NCBI GenBank assembly: GCA_002336985.1
Contig: DDFE01000151.1
Location: forward strand, 38,923 to 102,922
DNA length: 64,000 nt
Direction of reading: 5' to 3'
DNA from: Sphingomonadales bacterium UBA1936
Lineage (GTDB): Bacteria > Pseudomonadota > Alphaproteobacteria > Sphingomonadales > Sphingomonadaceae
The notes below the pieces were generated by a model. The model worked only from the letters and a program-made list of their open reading frames with translations, was not told the DNA's origin and made no database searches. The position numbers and the translations under genes were made by a program. Below, piece after piece: positions 48,326 to 61,643 of the stretch (position 1 is its first letter; each line of letters starts with the position of its first letter).

Positions 48326-49657
48326 ATGAAACGTATCATCGCGGCCGCGCTGGCCGCGGCGTCGATCGCCACCACGGCGACGGCGCAAACCGGCATAGCG
48401 CCGGAGCCAGCGTCCACGCCCGTGCTGCACAACGGCAGCGCTCTTACCCTGGACGACGTCATTCGAGCCGTCGGCGTCGACCGTCCCACCGTGCGGTCTC
48501 CGCAACAGACCATGCCTCCCCCGGCACCGGCGCTGTCCTCCGCCGCGGCGGGCATCGAGGCCGCCCAAGCAGCGCGGCGCGTTGCGGGTCTGCGCCCCAA
48601 CCCGCAGATTCAGGGCCAATTCGAAAACGTTATCGGAAGCGGTCCCTATCGCGGCACGTCGAGTGCCGAAACGACAGTCGCTCTCGGCGTCCCGCTCGAA
48701 CTCGGCGGCAAGCGGCCAGCGCGCGTTGCGCTCGCCACCGCACGCCTGTCGCGGGCGGAGATCCAGGCCGAAATCGCACGCGCAGACCTGCGGCTTCGTA
48801 TCACGCAGCTTTATGTCGACACGGTCGCCGCCGAACGGCGTGCGCAGGTCCTGAGCGAGCAGGCAGGAATCGCCTCCAACACGCTGCGCATCGCGACTGC
48901 CCGCATCAGGGTCGGCGCGGTCAGTCCGATCGAGGGCCAGCGTGCCGAAGTGCTGCAGATCAATGCGCAGATCGCCGCCGATAACGCGGCGCGGGAAGCC
49001 CAGGCGGCACGCCTCAATCTGGCGACCGTCGCGGGGCAGCCGATCGTCGGCCCGCTGGATTTCGCGTGGTTCGACCGGGTCCAAGGTTACGGTCCGGTCG
49101 AGCCCGTCGACGTTGATGGCACGCTCGCTCTGGCTGCGGCACAGGCCGATGTGAAATCGGCGACGGCACAGGTCCGCGTGGCGCAGTCGCTCCGCGTTCC
49201 CGACGTGACTGTCAGCGCCGGCGCACGGCGACTGGAAGCGACGAAGGACATTGCGGCTGTCTTCGGCGTCACCATTCCGTTTCCGGTCTTCAACAACGGC
49301 AGCGCGCTGGTTGCACAGTCGCGGTCTGAAGAGCGACAGGCGGTCGCACAGCGCAATCTTGCCGTCATCGATACGCAGCAGGCCATCACGCAGGCACAGA
49401 CCGAAGTGGCCAATGCCGCCGCAACGGCGCGTGCGGCCGGTGGTCCCGGCCTCGCCGCTGCCCAGGAAGCCGCACGCATCGCGCGCATCGGCTGGGCACA
49501 GGGCAAATTCGACCAGATTGCCCTGCTCGACGCCGAACGTACCCTCTCGCTGACACGGCAGGCGCATGTCGATGCGCTGGCTGCCTATCATAACGCCCAG
49601 GCCCGCCTCGAACGGCTGACGACGCCTGCGAGCACTGCTCCCGGAGAAAATCGATGA
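48326..49657 (+). CDS. TolC-family outer membrane factor (CzcC/CnrC/NccC-like)
   Basis: Signal peptide; RPNP, LELGGKR, LLDAER; first gene of the CBA operon. Confidence 0.9.
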   Translation: MKRIIAAALAAASIATTATAQTGIAPEPASTPVLHNGSALTLDDVIRAVGVDRPTVRSPQQTMPPPAPALSSAAAGIEAAQAARRVAGLRPNPQIQGQFENVIGSGPYRGTSSAETTVALGVPLELGGKRPARVALATARLSRAEIQAEIARADLRLRITQLYVDTVAAERRAQVLSEQAGIASNTLRIATARIRVGAVSPIEGQRAEVLQINAQIAADNAAREAQAARLNLATVAGQPIVGPLDFAWFDRVQGYGPVEPVDVDGTLALAAAQADVKSATAQVRVAQSLRVPDVTVSAGARRLEATKDIAAVFGVTIPFPVFNNGSALVAQSRSEERQAVAQRNLAVIDTQQAITQAQTEVANAAATARAAGGPGLAAAQEAARIARIGWAQGKFDQIALLDAERTLSLTRQAHVDALAAYHNAQARLERLTTPASTAPGENR

Positions 49658-50823
49658 ACACTGAGGATATGCCCCAAAACCGTCGTTTGCTCGGCGGCGC
49701 AGCGGCCGTGGCGCTCGTCGCGGCGCTGGGCGGATTCACCGTCGCGAAGTGCACAAGCAGCGCCCCCACCCCAGAAGTGCCAGCGGCAAAGGAAGAAGCC
49801 GCCAAGGTGCCGACGGAGACGTTGACGATATCCGCGCAGGCGATCAGCCAGGCCGGGATCGCTACGGAAACAATCCGCGCTGGCGGACTTGGCGCCGAAA
49901 TCGTCTCGCAAGCGCTGATCACGGCGGCGCCGTCGGGTGAGGCGATCGTCACGGCCCGGGCAGGCGGCGCGGTTACGCGACTCCTGAAGCGCCTGGGCGA
50001 CCCCGTTCGCGCAGGCGAAGCATTGGCGATCGTCGAAAGCCGCGATGCGGCACAAATCGCGGCGGACCGGTCCGTCGCCGGTGCGAAAGCGGTGCTCGCG
50101 CAAAAGGCGCTGGCGCGCGAGCAATATCTGTTCGGCCAGAGAGTCTCGGCGCGGGTCGATCTCGAACAGGCCCAGGCCGAGGCTGCGGCTGCAGCGGCGG
50201 AAGCACGCCGGGCTCAAGCGGCGGCCGGCGCCGCCAATGTAACGAGCGACGGACGCGGCGTTGTGGTTGCCAGCCCGATTTCAGGGCGGGTAACCTCGGA
50301 GAACGCTAGCCTCGGCGCATTCGTTCAACCGGAAACCGAACTCTTTCGCGTTGCCGATCCGTCGAAAATCCAGGTCGAAGCCGCTGTCGGCCCCTCCGAT
50401 GCACAACGGTTGAGCCCCGGCGACCGCGCCGTAATCGAGCTGCCCGACGGAAAGACGCTCGAAGCCCGGGTTCGCGCCGTAACGCCAGGACTTCAGGGCG
50501 ATACCCGCTCTGCGACGGCGGTACTCGACCTGTCTGGCAGCCTGCAGCCCGGTTTGGCGGTGCGCGTCAGACTTCGACCCAGCCGCGGCGAAATCTCGAA
50601 CGGGATCGTCGTGCCCGAAGAAGCGGTCCAGACGCTCGAAGGCCGCGATATCGTGTTCGTGAAAACCGACACCGGGTTCCGTGCGCAACGCGTCACGGTC
50701 GGCCAGCGGAGTGCCGGCCGCGTCGAAGTGCTCAACGGCCTGAAAACGGGTCAGCAGGTCGCGACGCGCAATGCGTTCCTGTTGAAAGCGGAGCTCGGCA
50801 AGGGCGCCGGTGAGGGAGAATAA
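49654..50823 (+). CDS. RND periplasmic adaptor (CzcB/CnrB-like)
   Basis: LGDPVRAGEAL, SPISGRV, VPEEAVQ, FLLKAEL. Confidence 0.92.
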   Translation: MNTEDMPQNRRLLGGAAAVALVAALGGFTVAKCTSSAPTPEVPAAKEEAAKVPTETLTISAQAISQAGIATETIRAGGLGAEIVSQALITAAPSGEAIVTARAGGAVTRLLKRLGDPVRAGEALAIVESRDAAQIAADRSVAGAKAVLAQKALAREQYLFGQRVSARVDLEQAQAEAAAAAAEARRAQAAAGAANVTSDGRGVVVASPISGRVTSENASLGAFVQPETELFRVADPSKIQVEAAVGPSDAQRLSPGDRAVIELPDGKTLEARVRAVTPGLQGDTRSATAVLDLSGSLQPGLAVRVRLRPSRGEISNGIVVPEEAVQTLEGRDIVFVKTDTGFRAQRVTVGQRSAGRVEVLNGLKTGQQVATRNAFLLKAELGKGAGEGE

Positions 50824-50826
50824 GCC

Positions 50827-53800
50827 ATGATTGCTAGCCTCATGGCGCTCTCCGTCCGCGCCCGCTGGACGGTCTTGTTCCTCTTCATCGCCATTGCCGG
50901 GCTCGGCATCTGGCAGCTCATCAAGCTGCCGATCGATGCTGTCCCTGATATCACCAATAAACAGGTCCAGATCAACACGATTGATCCGCGGCTCTCGCCG
51001 GTCGAGATCGAAAAGCTCGTCACCTACCCCGTCGAAATCTCGCTCGCCGGTATTCCCGGCCTCGAGACGACACGGTCCGTTTCGCGCAACGGCTTCAGCC
51101 AGGTCACGGCCATCTTCTCGGACTCGACCGACCTTTATTTCGCGCGTCAGCAAGTGGGCGAACGGCTACGGCAGGCGACCGACAAATTGCCGGACGGCGT
51201 CCAGCCGCAGGTCGGTCCGGTCACGACCGGTCTCGGCGAGGTCGTCATGTACACGGTCGGCTATGCCAATCCCGACGGCGTTGGCGCCAAGAAAGTTGCG
51301 GGCCAGCCCGGCTGGCAGCCTGACGGCAGCTATCTGACCCCCGAAGGCGAGAAGCTCAGCGACCCCATTTCCAAGGCCGGCTATCTAAGGACCGTGCAGG
51401 ACTGGATCGTCAGTCCGCAGCTGAAGGCGGTCGGTGGCGTTGCCGGTGTCGACTCGATCGGCGGTTTCGCCAAGACATTCGTCGTCGAGCCCGACCCCAC
51501 CCGTCTCGCCAGCTTCGGCATTTCATACACCGAACTCGGACAGGCACTCGAAAAGGCCAATCTCGCAGTCGGCGCAAATTATTATAATCGCGGCGGCGAA
51601 GCCTATCTCGTCCGCGTCGATTCCCGCGTCCGCACTGTCGACGAAATTCGCAACGCCGTCGCCGCTACGCGTGGCGGCGTCCCGATCACGGTCGGGCAGA
51701 TCGCCGACGTCAAGGTCGGCGGCGATCTTCGGACGGGCGCCGGAAGTCTGGATGGCAAGGAAGCGGTGATCGGTACCGTGCTCATGCTGATCGGCGAAAA
51801 CAGCCGCGTCGTCGCCGATGGCGTCTCGGCAAAGCTCGATCAGGTTGCGAAAACGCTTCCACCCGGCGTCCAGGTGAATGTCGTTCTCGACCGTGCCAAG
51901 CTGGTCAACGCGACGGTCGGCACTGTCGAACGAAACCTGACGGAAGGCGCGTTGCTCGTGGCCGCCTCGCTGTTTATTCTGCTCGGCAACTGGCGCGCTG
52001 CCGTCATCGCCGTCCTCGTCATTCCCTTCTCGTTCCTCATGATGGCGATGGGGATGAATGCGTTTCGTGTCCCCGGCAATCTGATGAGCCTCGGCGCGCT
52101 CGACTTCGGTCTGATCGTCGACGGCGCGGTCATCATCATCGAAAACTGCCTGGCCAGACTTGCACATCGCCAGGAACACGAAGGCAGGCTGCTTTCGCTC
52201 AACGAACGTCTCGAAGAGACGATGCGGGCCAGCCAGGAGATGATCAAGCCGACAGTGTTCGGTCAGGCCATCATCCTGCTCGCGTTCGCGCCTTTGCTGA
52301 TGTTCACCGGTGTCGAAGGCAAGACCTTCTCGCCGATGGCGATCACCATCATGCTCGCGCTCGTTGCGGCGTTCATCCTCGCGATCACGCTCGTTCCCGC
52401 GCTCGTCGCGCTGCTCATTCGCGGACGCGTGGCGGAAAAGGAAGTCTGGCTGATCCGCAAGACCAAGGACCGCTACCTTCCCCTGCTCGATAAGGCGATC
52501 GCCAAGCCATGGCCGTTCGTTCTCGGCGGTCTGGCGTTCTTTCTCGCGGCAATCCCGGCGTTTGGCGTGCTGGGCTCGGAGTTCATTCCGCAGCTCGACG
52601 AGAAGAACCTGGCCCTCGCTTCGACGCGTGTGCCCTCGGTCAGCCTCGAACAGTCACTGACGATGCAGCGCCGTGTGGAGGAGGCCGTCAAGAAGCTTCC
52701 CGAAGTCGAGCTGATGTTCTCGAAGACCGGGACGGCGGAAGTCGCAACCGATCCCATGCCCCCGAACATCTCCGACGGTTTCGTCATCCTGAAACCCAAG
52801 GACCAATGGCCGGCAGGCGTGACGAGCAAAGCCGACGTCGTCGCGCGCATCGAAAAGGCAGCGGGTGGCCAGCTCGGCAATCTGTACGAAGTCAGCCAGC
52901 CGATCGAGTTGCGCTTCAACGAGCTGATCGCCGGCGTTCGCGGCGACGTCGCCATCAAGATGTACGGCGACGACCTCGACAAGATGTCGCTGGCAGCGAA
53001 CGAGATGGTCCGCATCCTGCAGACGATCCCGGGCGCGGGCAGCGTCAAGGCGGACCAAGTCGGTGGTGCGCCGACGCTGGACGTCAAACTCGACCGCCCC
53101 GCAATCGCCCGGCTTGGCCTGACGGTCCAAGAGGTCGCCGACACAATTGCGGCCGCCATGGGCGGGCGCGAATCCGGACTCGTCTACGAAGGCGACCGCC
53201 GCTTCGACGTGACCGTCCGTGTGCCAGAGACCACCCGGGTCAACCTGGACGCGATCCGGACACTGCCCGTGCTGCTGCCGTCGGTCGACGGGCGCTCGCG
53301 CGGTCAGGTGCCGCTGGCACAGGTTGCACAGATCCGGCTCACCGAAGGGTTGAACCAGGTCAGCCGCGAAAACGGCAAGCGCCGTGTCGTTGTGCAGGTC
53401 AATCTCGAAGGCCGCGATGCGGGGTCATTCGTCCAGGAGGCGCAGGCGAAGCTCGCGCAGGTCAAGCTCCCGGCCGGCTATTATGTCGAATGGGGCGGGC
53501 AGTTCGAGAGCTTGCAGGCTGCATCGAAGCGGTTGTCGATCGTGGTTCCCCTGTGCTTCGCGGCAATCTTCGGATTGCTTTACATGGCACTTGGCAGCTT
53601 CGGACGTGCGGCAGCGGTGTTCCTTGCCGTTCCGTTGGGTCTTGCGGGCGGTGTCTTCACCCTTGCGCTGACCGGGATCAACTTCTCGGTATCGGCGGCG
53701 GTGGGCTTCATCTGCCTGGCCGGTGTGGCGGTGTTGAACGGTCTGGTGGTGATGACCGCCATCCGGGAACACAGCGAAGCCGGCGTGCCTATCTCCGACG

Positions 53801-54078
53801 CGATCCGCGCCGGGATGACCGAGAAGATGCGGGCGGTGCTCATGACAGGCTTTGTTCCGGCGATCGGCTTCGTTCCGATGGCGCTCGCGACGGGTACGGG
53901 TGCGGAAGTGCAGAAACCGCTAGCGACGACCGTTATCGGCGGCCTGATCGCAGCGACCATTCTGACGCTGCTCGTTCTTCCGGCCATCGCGCAGCTCGTT
54001 CTTGGAGCGGTCGAGCGCCGGCGTACCCGGCAGACGCCGGTTCCGGACGACGTCGCTCACGACGCCGTCGCCACCTGA
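50827..54078 (+). CDS. Heavy-metal efflux RND permease (CusA/CzcA family, CnrA/NccA-like)
   Basis: PIDAVPDIT, DFGLIVDGAVIIIEN, GAEVQKPLAT; carries the GQPGWQPDGSYLTPEGE insertion. Confidence 0.95.
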   Translation: MIASLMALSVRARWTVLFLFIAIAGLGIWQLIKLPIDAVPDITNKQVQINTIDPRLSPVEIEKLVTYPVEISLAGIPGLETTRSVSRNGFSQVTAIFSDSTDLYFARQQVGERLRQATDKLPDGVQPQVGPVTTGLGEVVMYTVGYANPDGVGAKKVAGQPGWQPDGSYLTPEGEKLSDPISKAGYLRTVQDWIVSPQLKAVGGVAGVDSIGGFAKTFVVEPDPTRLASFGISYTELGQALEKANLAVGANYYNRGGEAYLVRVDSRVRTVDEIRNAVAATRGGVPITVGQIADVKVGGDLRTGAGSLDGKEAVIGTVLMLIGENSRVVADGVSAKLDQVAKTLPPGVQVNVVLDRAKLVNATVGTVERNLTEGALLVAASLFILLGNWRAAVIAVLVIPFSFLMMAMGMNAFRVPGNLMSLGALDFGLIVDGAVIIIENCLARLAHRQEHEGRLLSLNERLEETMRASQEMIKPTVFGQAIILLAFAPLLMFTGVEGKTFSPMAITIMLALVAAFILAITLVPALVALLIRGRVAEKEVWLIRKTKDRYLPLLDKAIAKPWPFVLGGLAFFLAAIPAFGVLGSEFIPQLDEKNLALASTRVPSVSLEQSLTMQRRVEEAVKKLPEVELMFSKTGTAEVATDPMPPNISDGFVILKPKDQWPAGVTSKADVVARIEKAAGGQLGNLYEVSQPIELRFNELIAGVRGDVAIKMYGDDLDKMSLAANEMVRILQTIPGAGSVKADQVGGAPTLDVKLDRPAIARLGLTVQEVADTIAAAMGGRESGLVYEGDRRFDVTVRVPETTRVNLDAIRTLPVLLPSVDGRSRGQVPLAQVAQIRLTEGLNQVSRENGKRRVVVQVNLEGRDAGSFVQEAQAKLAQVKLPAGYYVEWGGQFESLQAASKRLSIVVPLCFAAIFGLLYMALGSFGRAAAVFLAVPLGLAGGVFTLALTGINFSVSAAVGFICLAGVAVLNGLVVMTAIREHSEAGVPISDAIRAGMTEKMRAVLMTGFVPAIGFVPMALATGTGAEVQKPLATTVIGGLIAATILTLLVLPAIAQLVLGAVERRRTRQTPVPDDVAHDAVAT

Positions 54079-54097
54079 GGCCATTGGAGATTGCCCG

Positions 54098-54307
54098 ATG
54101 GCTCTGATCCGATCTCTGGCCGGCGGTACCATGACGTCACTGCTCCTCGCCAACGTGCTGCATCCCAGCATCGAGGCGGATGGTGGCCCATTCGGTATCA
54201 CCGACCTCGAGATCGGGTCACACCGGATTGCCTGGTCTTGGACGGTCTTCGTCGTCGTCGCCATCGTATTGTGGCTCATCGACAAGGCCATCGAGCAGAT
54301 AAGTTAG
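54098..54307 (+). CDS. Small hypothetical membrane protein (69 aa)
   Basis: GGAG RBS; two hydrophobic segments; fills the operon gap. Confidence 0.5.
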   Translation: MALIRSLAGGTMTSLLLANVLHPSIEADGGPFGITDLEIGSHRIAWSWTVFVVVAIVLWLIDKAIEQIS

Positions 54308-54320
54308 GGAGTTGGTTATC

Positions 54321-54656
54321 ATGAACGAACCGATCAAATTGCTGCGCATCTACACGGATGAAGCCGCCTATGTGGGCGACCGCAAAGTCTATGAAGTGAT
54401 CGCCTCGCGCGCCCGCGCGGCTAAGGTCGCAGGTGCAACGGTGCTCGAAGCCCTGATCGGCTTCGGCCGCTCGGCGCATCTGCATCAACGTCATGTGCTT
54501 GAAAGCGACCGCGCGGTTGTCATCGAAATCGTCGATCGCGAGGACCGCCTCCGGCGCTTCGTCACGCAGTTGGCAGACGTGGGCGGCATTGGATTGATGA
54601 CACTCGAGGCTGTCGAAGTGGTCCGGGGCGCCGACCGCGCGTTCGCGGACGGCTGA
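54321..54656 (+). CDS. DUF190 PII-like protein
   Basis: LLRIYTDE, AGATVLEALIGFG, VVIEIVD, TLEAV. Confidence 0.88.
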   Translation: MNEPIKLLRIYTDEAAYVGDRKVYEVIASRARAAKVAGATVLEALIGFGRSAHLHQRHVLESDRAVVIEIVDREDRLRRFVTQLADVGGIGLMTLEAVEVVRGADRAFADG

Positions 54657-54667
54657 AGGCAGCGCGA

Positions 54668-55138
54668 ATGTTCCAGGTCGAAAACACGCGGCTGTGCGAC
54701 GCACCGATCGGCCGGGTCTGGCGCGTCGTTACCGATTTCGACAATTATGCCGAATGGCACCCCGCCTTTTCGCTCGTGGGCGCCGCCGAGATGGGCGCGA
54801 AGCTCAAGCTGAGTTTCCGGGCGGCTCCTGGACCGCTGCCGACGCTCAACACCGAGGCGCGTGTGACCCGCCTGCAACGCCCGAACGAGATCGGCTGGCA
54901 GATCGGCATGCGGGGGCTGCTGCAGATCGAGCACGGGTTCGACCTGGCGAAATCCGGACGCGGCACGCGCATCCGCCACTGGATGCGATGTCGCGGATTG
55001 CTCTCAAGGATCGCCGCCAAAGCACTCCTTGGAAAGGCGGAAAGCAATCTGGGGGTCGTCAACGCGAGCCTCACCGCTTTCCTCCGGCGCGCGACGACCA
55101 TCGCACGCTACGCGCCGGCGCGCGGACGGTCGCGCTGA
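54668..55138 (+). CDS. SRPBCC/polyketide cyclase-like protein
   Basis: DAPIGRVWRVVTDFDNYAEWHP, EHGFDL, GTRI. Confidence 0.75.
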   Translation: MFQVENTRLCDAPIGRVWRVVTDFDNYAEWHPAFSLVGAAEMGAKLKLSFRAAPGPLPTLNTEARVTRLQRPNEIGWQIGMRGLLQIEHGFDLAKSGRGTRIRHWMRCRGLLSRIAAKALLGKAESNLGVVNASLTAFLRRATTIARYAPARGRSR

Positions 55139-55728
55139 TGAGCGCGACGGCGCCCGAGCGACGCACATTGTGGGTCGTGCTCGTGCTCAATGCGGCGATC
55201 GCGGCTGCGTTTCTTGCGGCGGGCGCCATCGCCGATTCCAGCGCGCTGATCGCGAACGGCATCGACAATCTTTCCGACGCGATGGTCTACGCGCTCAGTC
55301 TTCTTGCACTGACCCGCGGCGATCGATGGAAGACGCGCGCGGCGATGGTTTCTGGTATCATGCTGCTCGTCTTCGCGATCGGCGTGATCCTCGACGTCGG
55401 TCGCCGCTATTTGGAGGGAAGCACACCCGTCGGCCCGATGATGATGATCATGGCGGCAGTCGCCGGAGTCGTGAATTACATCTGCCTGCGCCTGCTGCAA
55501 CGGCTCGAAAAGCCGGACGTCAATTTGCGGGCCGCGACCATTTTCAGCCTGAATGATTCGATATCGAACGGCGGCATTCTCGTCGCCGGCGTCCTTGTCC
55601 TTTGGCTTGGCAGCAACTGGCCCGACCTGCTGGTCGGTTTCGCGACGGCGCTGATCGCCATCAAGGGTGGCATTGAAATCCTGCGCGATGCCCGCGGCGA
55701 GATGCGACAGTCCAAGGAGAGCGTATGA
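55138..55728 (+). CDS. Cation diffusion facilitator, TM domain only
   Basis: SSALIANGIDNLSD, NDSISN, WPDL; no C-terminal cytoplasmic domain. Confidence 0.8.
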   Translation: MSATAPERRTLWVVLVLNAAIAAAFLAAGAIADSSALIANGIDNLSDAMVYALSLLALTRGDRWKTRAAMVSGIMLLVFAIGVILDVGRRYLEGSTPVGPMMMIMAAVAGVVNYICLRLLQRLEKPDVNLRAATIFSLNDSISNGGILVAGVLVLWLGSNWPDLLVGFATALIAIKGGIEILRDARGEMRQSKESV

Positions 55729-56125
55729 TGGCAGCCCGCGGCCGGCCCGACCAAAAGCGTAAGCGGCGCTCCCGGCCCGGCGTCCGCCGCCGGCGTAAGC
55801 AGGCGATCGCGACGGCGTTGGTAACGAGCAAGACCGAAGAGGAAATTGTCGCCAACGACGACATCGAGGTCTGGCTGCATATCCAGACGCGTCTGGAGAT
55901 CGAGTACCTCCGAAAGCGCGCCGAACAGCAGCTCGGCCTGGCGCAGCTTGCGATCCATACCGCGGCAGTCGCCGCTCATGTCGCTATCGCGGAAGCTTAT
56001 TTGGAGCGCGTCGTTGCGCTCGAACAACTGCGACAATTGTCCGACTTGACGGACGAGCGGGACGCGCCCGGAAAGGCGCCCTCGCACCCCTCTTATCACC
56101 TGCCGCTCATTCAAGGAGACGACCG

Positions 56126-56129
<4 letters not shown>
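55725..56129 (+). CDS. Hypothetical protein
   Basis: ATGA overlaps with both neighbours; helical core EYLRKRAEQQL...AAHVAIAEAY. Confidence 0.55.
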
Positions 56130-58704
<2,575 letters not shown>

Positions 58705-58708
<4 letters not shown>

Positions 58709-59418
58709 CCGTCGTGATCGTAGGGCGGGGGACGCTTGCGCTAGGCTACACCGTCATTCCGACCATCGCGGTGATTCTCGGCGCGGCGGTCGCGAGCATC
58801 AGGCGCCCCGGCGACGCTTTCATCAGCGCCATGCAGCATCTGGCTGCCGGCGTCGTGTTCGCCGCGGCAGCGACCGAGATCCTGCCGCAGGTCATGCATC
58901 AGGCCGATCCTGTTGCGACGTTCGTCGGCGCCGCGCTCGGCGTTGCGCTGATGCTGGCACTCAAGAGTGTCGAAGCCCGCTTTCGCGGGCCGGCAGTCCT
59001 TCTCGGGGCGATCGGCGTCGACATCTTTGTCGACGGACTCGTGCTCGGTCTCGCTTTCGTTGCCGGAGCAAAAGCGGGCATTCTCCTGACCTTCGCGCTG
59101 ACGCTGGAAGTCCTGTTTCTGGGCGTCGTCCTCACGACCGAACTCGGTGAGACGATTGCATCGCGGCTACGGATCATCCTCGTCATCGCCGGGCTTGCGC
59201 TGTTCATGCCGCTCGGCGCGCTTGCGGCGCTTCCCGTCGCGACGTTCTCGGCTCCCGTCATCGCCGGATTCCTGAGCTTCGGCCTCATGGCGCTGCTTTA
59301 TCTGGTGACCGAAGAATTGCTGGTCGAGGCACACACCAAGCCGGATTCTCCACTCATCAGCGCAATGTTCTTCGCTGGCTTTCTCGGCCTCCTCCTGATC
59401 GAAGAGGCGCTGGGATGA
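58705..59418 (+). CDS. ZIP-family metal transporter
   Basis: QHLAAGV, DIFVDG, LEVLFLG, LLYLVTEELLVEAH. Confidence 0.82.
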
Positions 59419-59436
59419 CCGTCATGCAGGTTCGTC

Positions 59437-59850
59437 ATGCCGCGTAGCCGGAGGCCGCGTCAGAAACACTCGGACGTCCTGCGGCTGGAGGAGCGGCGGC
59501 AAGCACGGTTGATCGCTCGCAAGCGTACGCTCGACCGGGCAACTTTGCCGATCTTTGTCGCGAGCCTTCTTCCGGTCCCGATTGCGTATCTCGGCGTGGG
59601 CGATGCGGGACGCGGACATCGGCTGGGGTTCTGCGTCACGCAGATGGTGACCCCGTTCGTCGCCGTCGGGTTTGCCGCTTTCGCCCTGCTTCTGGTCGTC
59701 GGCGGTGCCATGACGGCGCGGCGCATGTGGCGGCTCAAACTCGTCCCGGCACGAAGCGAACTCGCGCTTCTGATTGGGGTAGGTGTCGCGGGCGCCACGC
59801 TGAGTCTCTGGATCGCACGAAACATTCTCCAGCATGGCTGCCTCGCATGA
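59437..59850 (+). CDS. Hypothetical membrane protein
   Basis: Three hydrophobic segments; co-oriented in the operon. Confidence 0.4.
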   Translation: MPRSRRPRQKHSDVLRLEERRQARLIARKRTLDRATLPIFVASLLPVPIAYLGVGDAGRGHRLGFCVTQMVTPFVAVGFAAFALLLVVGGAMTARRMWRLKLVPARSELALLIGVGVAGATLSLWIARNILQHGCLA

Positions 59851-59914
59851 TCTCCGCGGCACGATCGTCGCAAGGGACTCGTCCAGGTCGGCGAACGCAG
59901 AGCGGGAAAATCAC

Positions 59915-60307
59915 ATGCGAAAACTGATCGCGGCGGCGGCATTGACGATGATGGTCTCGGCCTGCTCAGGCGAGGAGAATTTCACCAGCCCGAGCCAGCG
60001 CGAAGCCAAGCGGCGGGCAGCGACCGCCGCCTCGCGCAACGCAACACAAGAACTCCACCGGGGGATGGCGCTCGACTATACCGGAGACATCGACACCGAC
60101 TTCATCATCGCGATGATCCCGCAGCATCAAAGCGCTATCGACATGGCGCGCGCGCAGCTTGCGCATGGCCAGGATCCCGAGGCACGCAAACTCGCCAAGA
60201 AGATTGTGGATACCCAAACGGGCGAGCTTGCCCAGATGCGCACATGGCTGGCCAAGCGCCAGAGCTCCGACGCAGCGACCAAAACCCAGTCGCAGGTAGC
60301 GAGGTGA
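59915..60307 (+). CDS. DUF305 (CopM-like) lipoprotein
   Basis: Lipobox VSAC; DTDFIIAMIPQHQSAIDMA, IVDTQ..E..QM..W. Confidence 0.8.
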   Translation: MRKLIAAAALTMMVSACSGEENFTSPSQREAKRRAATAASRNATQELHRGMALDYTGDIDTDFIIAMIPQHQSAIDMARAQLAHGQDPEARKLAKKIVDTQTGELAQMRTWLAKRQSSDAATKTQSQVAR

Positions 60308-60725
60308 GCCGCGCGCCCCTTCGGTCAGCGGATAACGCCATGCGCGCCGTTCGGCGGGCGCAGCGGTCCGATACGACCGCTACAAACGGAATTCAGTTAC
60401 CGGGGACCCGGCCCCGGAGCATGAGTGTTCATGCTTAGCGACGGCAAGCCCTTCGGATCTCGCAGCCGTCGCACCGGGCCATTCTCAAAAATCCGGGGTC
60501 GCGGAAGCGGAGCGACGGTAGGGACACACCTCTCGCGCAAGCCGATGGCCATGCTCCCGGCGTTGCTCCCCCGACTATTCGGTCTATCGCAGCAAAGACG
60601 CATTGGCAGGTCGCGTTGTTGGCGTTGTCCATCCAGTTCTTCGCCATCGACGAAGTATATGGCAGCATGTTCCATCGAAGTGTGTTCTGTGTCGCACGCG
60701 ATGACGCACTAAGGATATCGAGACC

Positions 60726-61643
60726 ATGGCAGCTCACGACCATGCTTCGGGCGGACATGCCCATGACCATACGAAGACCGCCAATGTAAAAATGCTCGGC
60801 TGGGCGCTCGGGCTGACATCGACATATCTCGTCGCCGAGGTCATCGGCGGTTTCGTCTTCAACAGCCTCGCCCTTCTTTCCGACGCGGCGCATATGATGA
60901 CCGACGTCGCCGCGCTCATCATCGCGCTGATGGCCATAAACCTTGGCCGGCGTGCCGCCGACGACCGGCGCACCTTCGGATATCGGCGGTTCGAAATCCT
61001 GGCAGCAGCGTTCAACGCCATCCTGCTTTTCGCCATCGCAATTTACGTGTTCGTCGAGGCGATTAAGCGATTCAACAATCCCGAACCCGTCCAGTCCTGG
61101 GGGATGCTGATCGTCGCCGCCATCGGTCTTGTGGTAAACCTGATTTCCATGCGGTTGCTGTCCGCAGGCAAGGACGCCAGCTTCAACGTCAAGGGCGCGT
61201 ATCTGGAAGTCTGGGCCGACATGATCGGGTCGATCGGCGTTATCGCGGGTGCCCTGGTCATCAAGTTCACCGGCTGGTCGTGGATCGATCCGATCGTCGC
61301 CGTCGCAATCGGACTGTGGGTTCTGCCGAGAACATGGATCCTGTTGCGCGACACGACCAACGTCCTGCTCGAGGGCGTTCCAGGCGGACTTTCGCTCGGG
61401 GACGTCCGGAGTGCGATTGCCGGCATTGCCGGGGTCGCCGGTGTGCACGACCTCCACGTCTGGTCGATGTCCAATGACGATACGAGTTGTACGGTGCACG
61501 TGAGCCTTACATCCGACGCGAATTCGGATCGGGTGCGCAGGGCGGTGACGACGATGATCGAGGAGCGTTTCGACATCAGCCACACCACCGTTCAGACCGA
61601 GGCGCTCGGCGAAGACTGTGGCGCTGCCCATGGTCACGCCTGA
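60726..61643 (+). CDS. czcD: Cation diffusion facilitator CzcD
   Basis: His-rich N-terminus; SLALLSDAAHM.TD, TFGYRRFE, EVWAD, VHDLHVW. Confidence 0.9.
   Translation: MAAHDHASGGHAHDHTKTANVKMLGWALGLTSTYLVAEVIGGFVFNSLALLSDAAHMMTDVAALIIALMAINLGRRAADDRRTFGYRRFEILAAAFNAILLFAIAIYVFVEAIKRFNNPEPVQSWGMLIVAAIGLVVNLISMRLLSAGKDASFNVKGAYLEVWADMIGSIGVIAGALVIKFTGWSWIDPIVAVAIGLWVLPRTWILLRDTTNVLLEGVPGGLSLGDVRSAIAGIAGVAGVHDLHVWSMSNDDTSCTVHVSLTSDANSDRVRRAVTTMIEERFDISHTTVQTEALGEDCGAAHGHA

Noticed and set aside
52509-54107. 532-aa alternative-frame ORF
   Set aside because: Arg/Pro-rich off-frame reading inside the RND gene.
60310-60720. Several overlapping ORFs upstream of czcD
   Set aside because: None has a recognisable motif or RBS; treated as intergenic.
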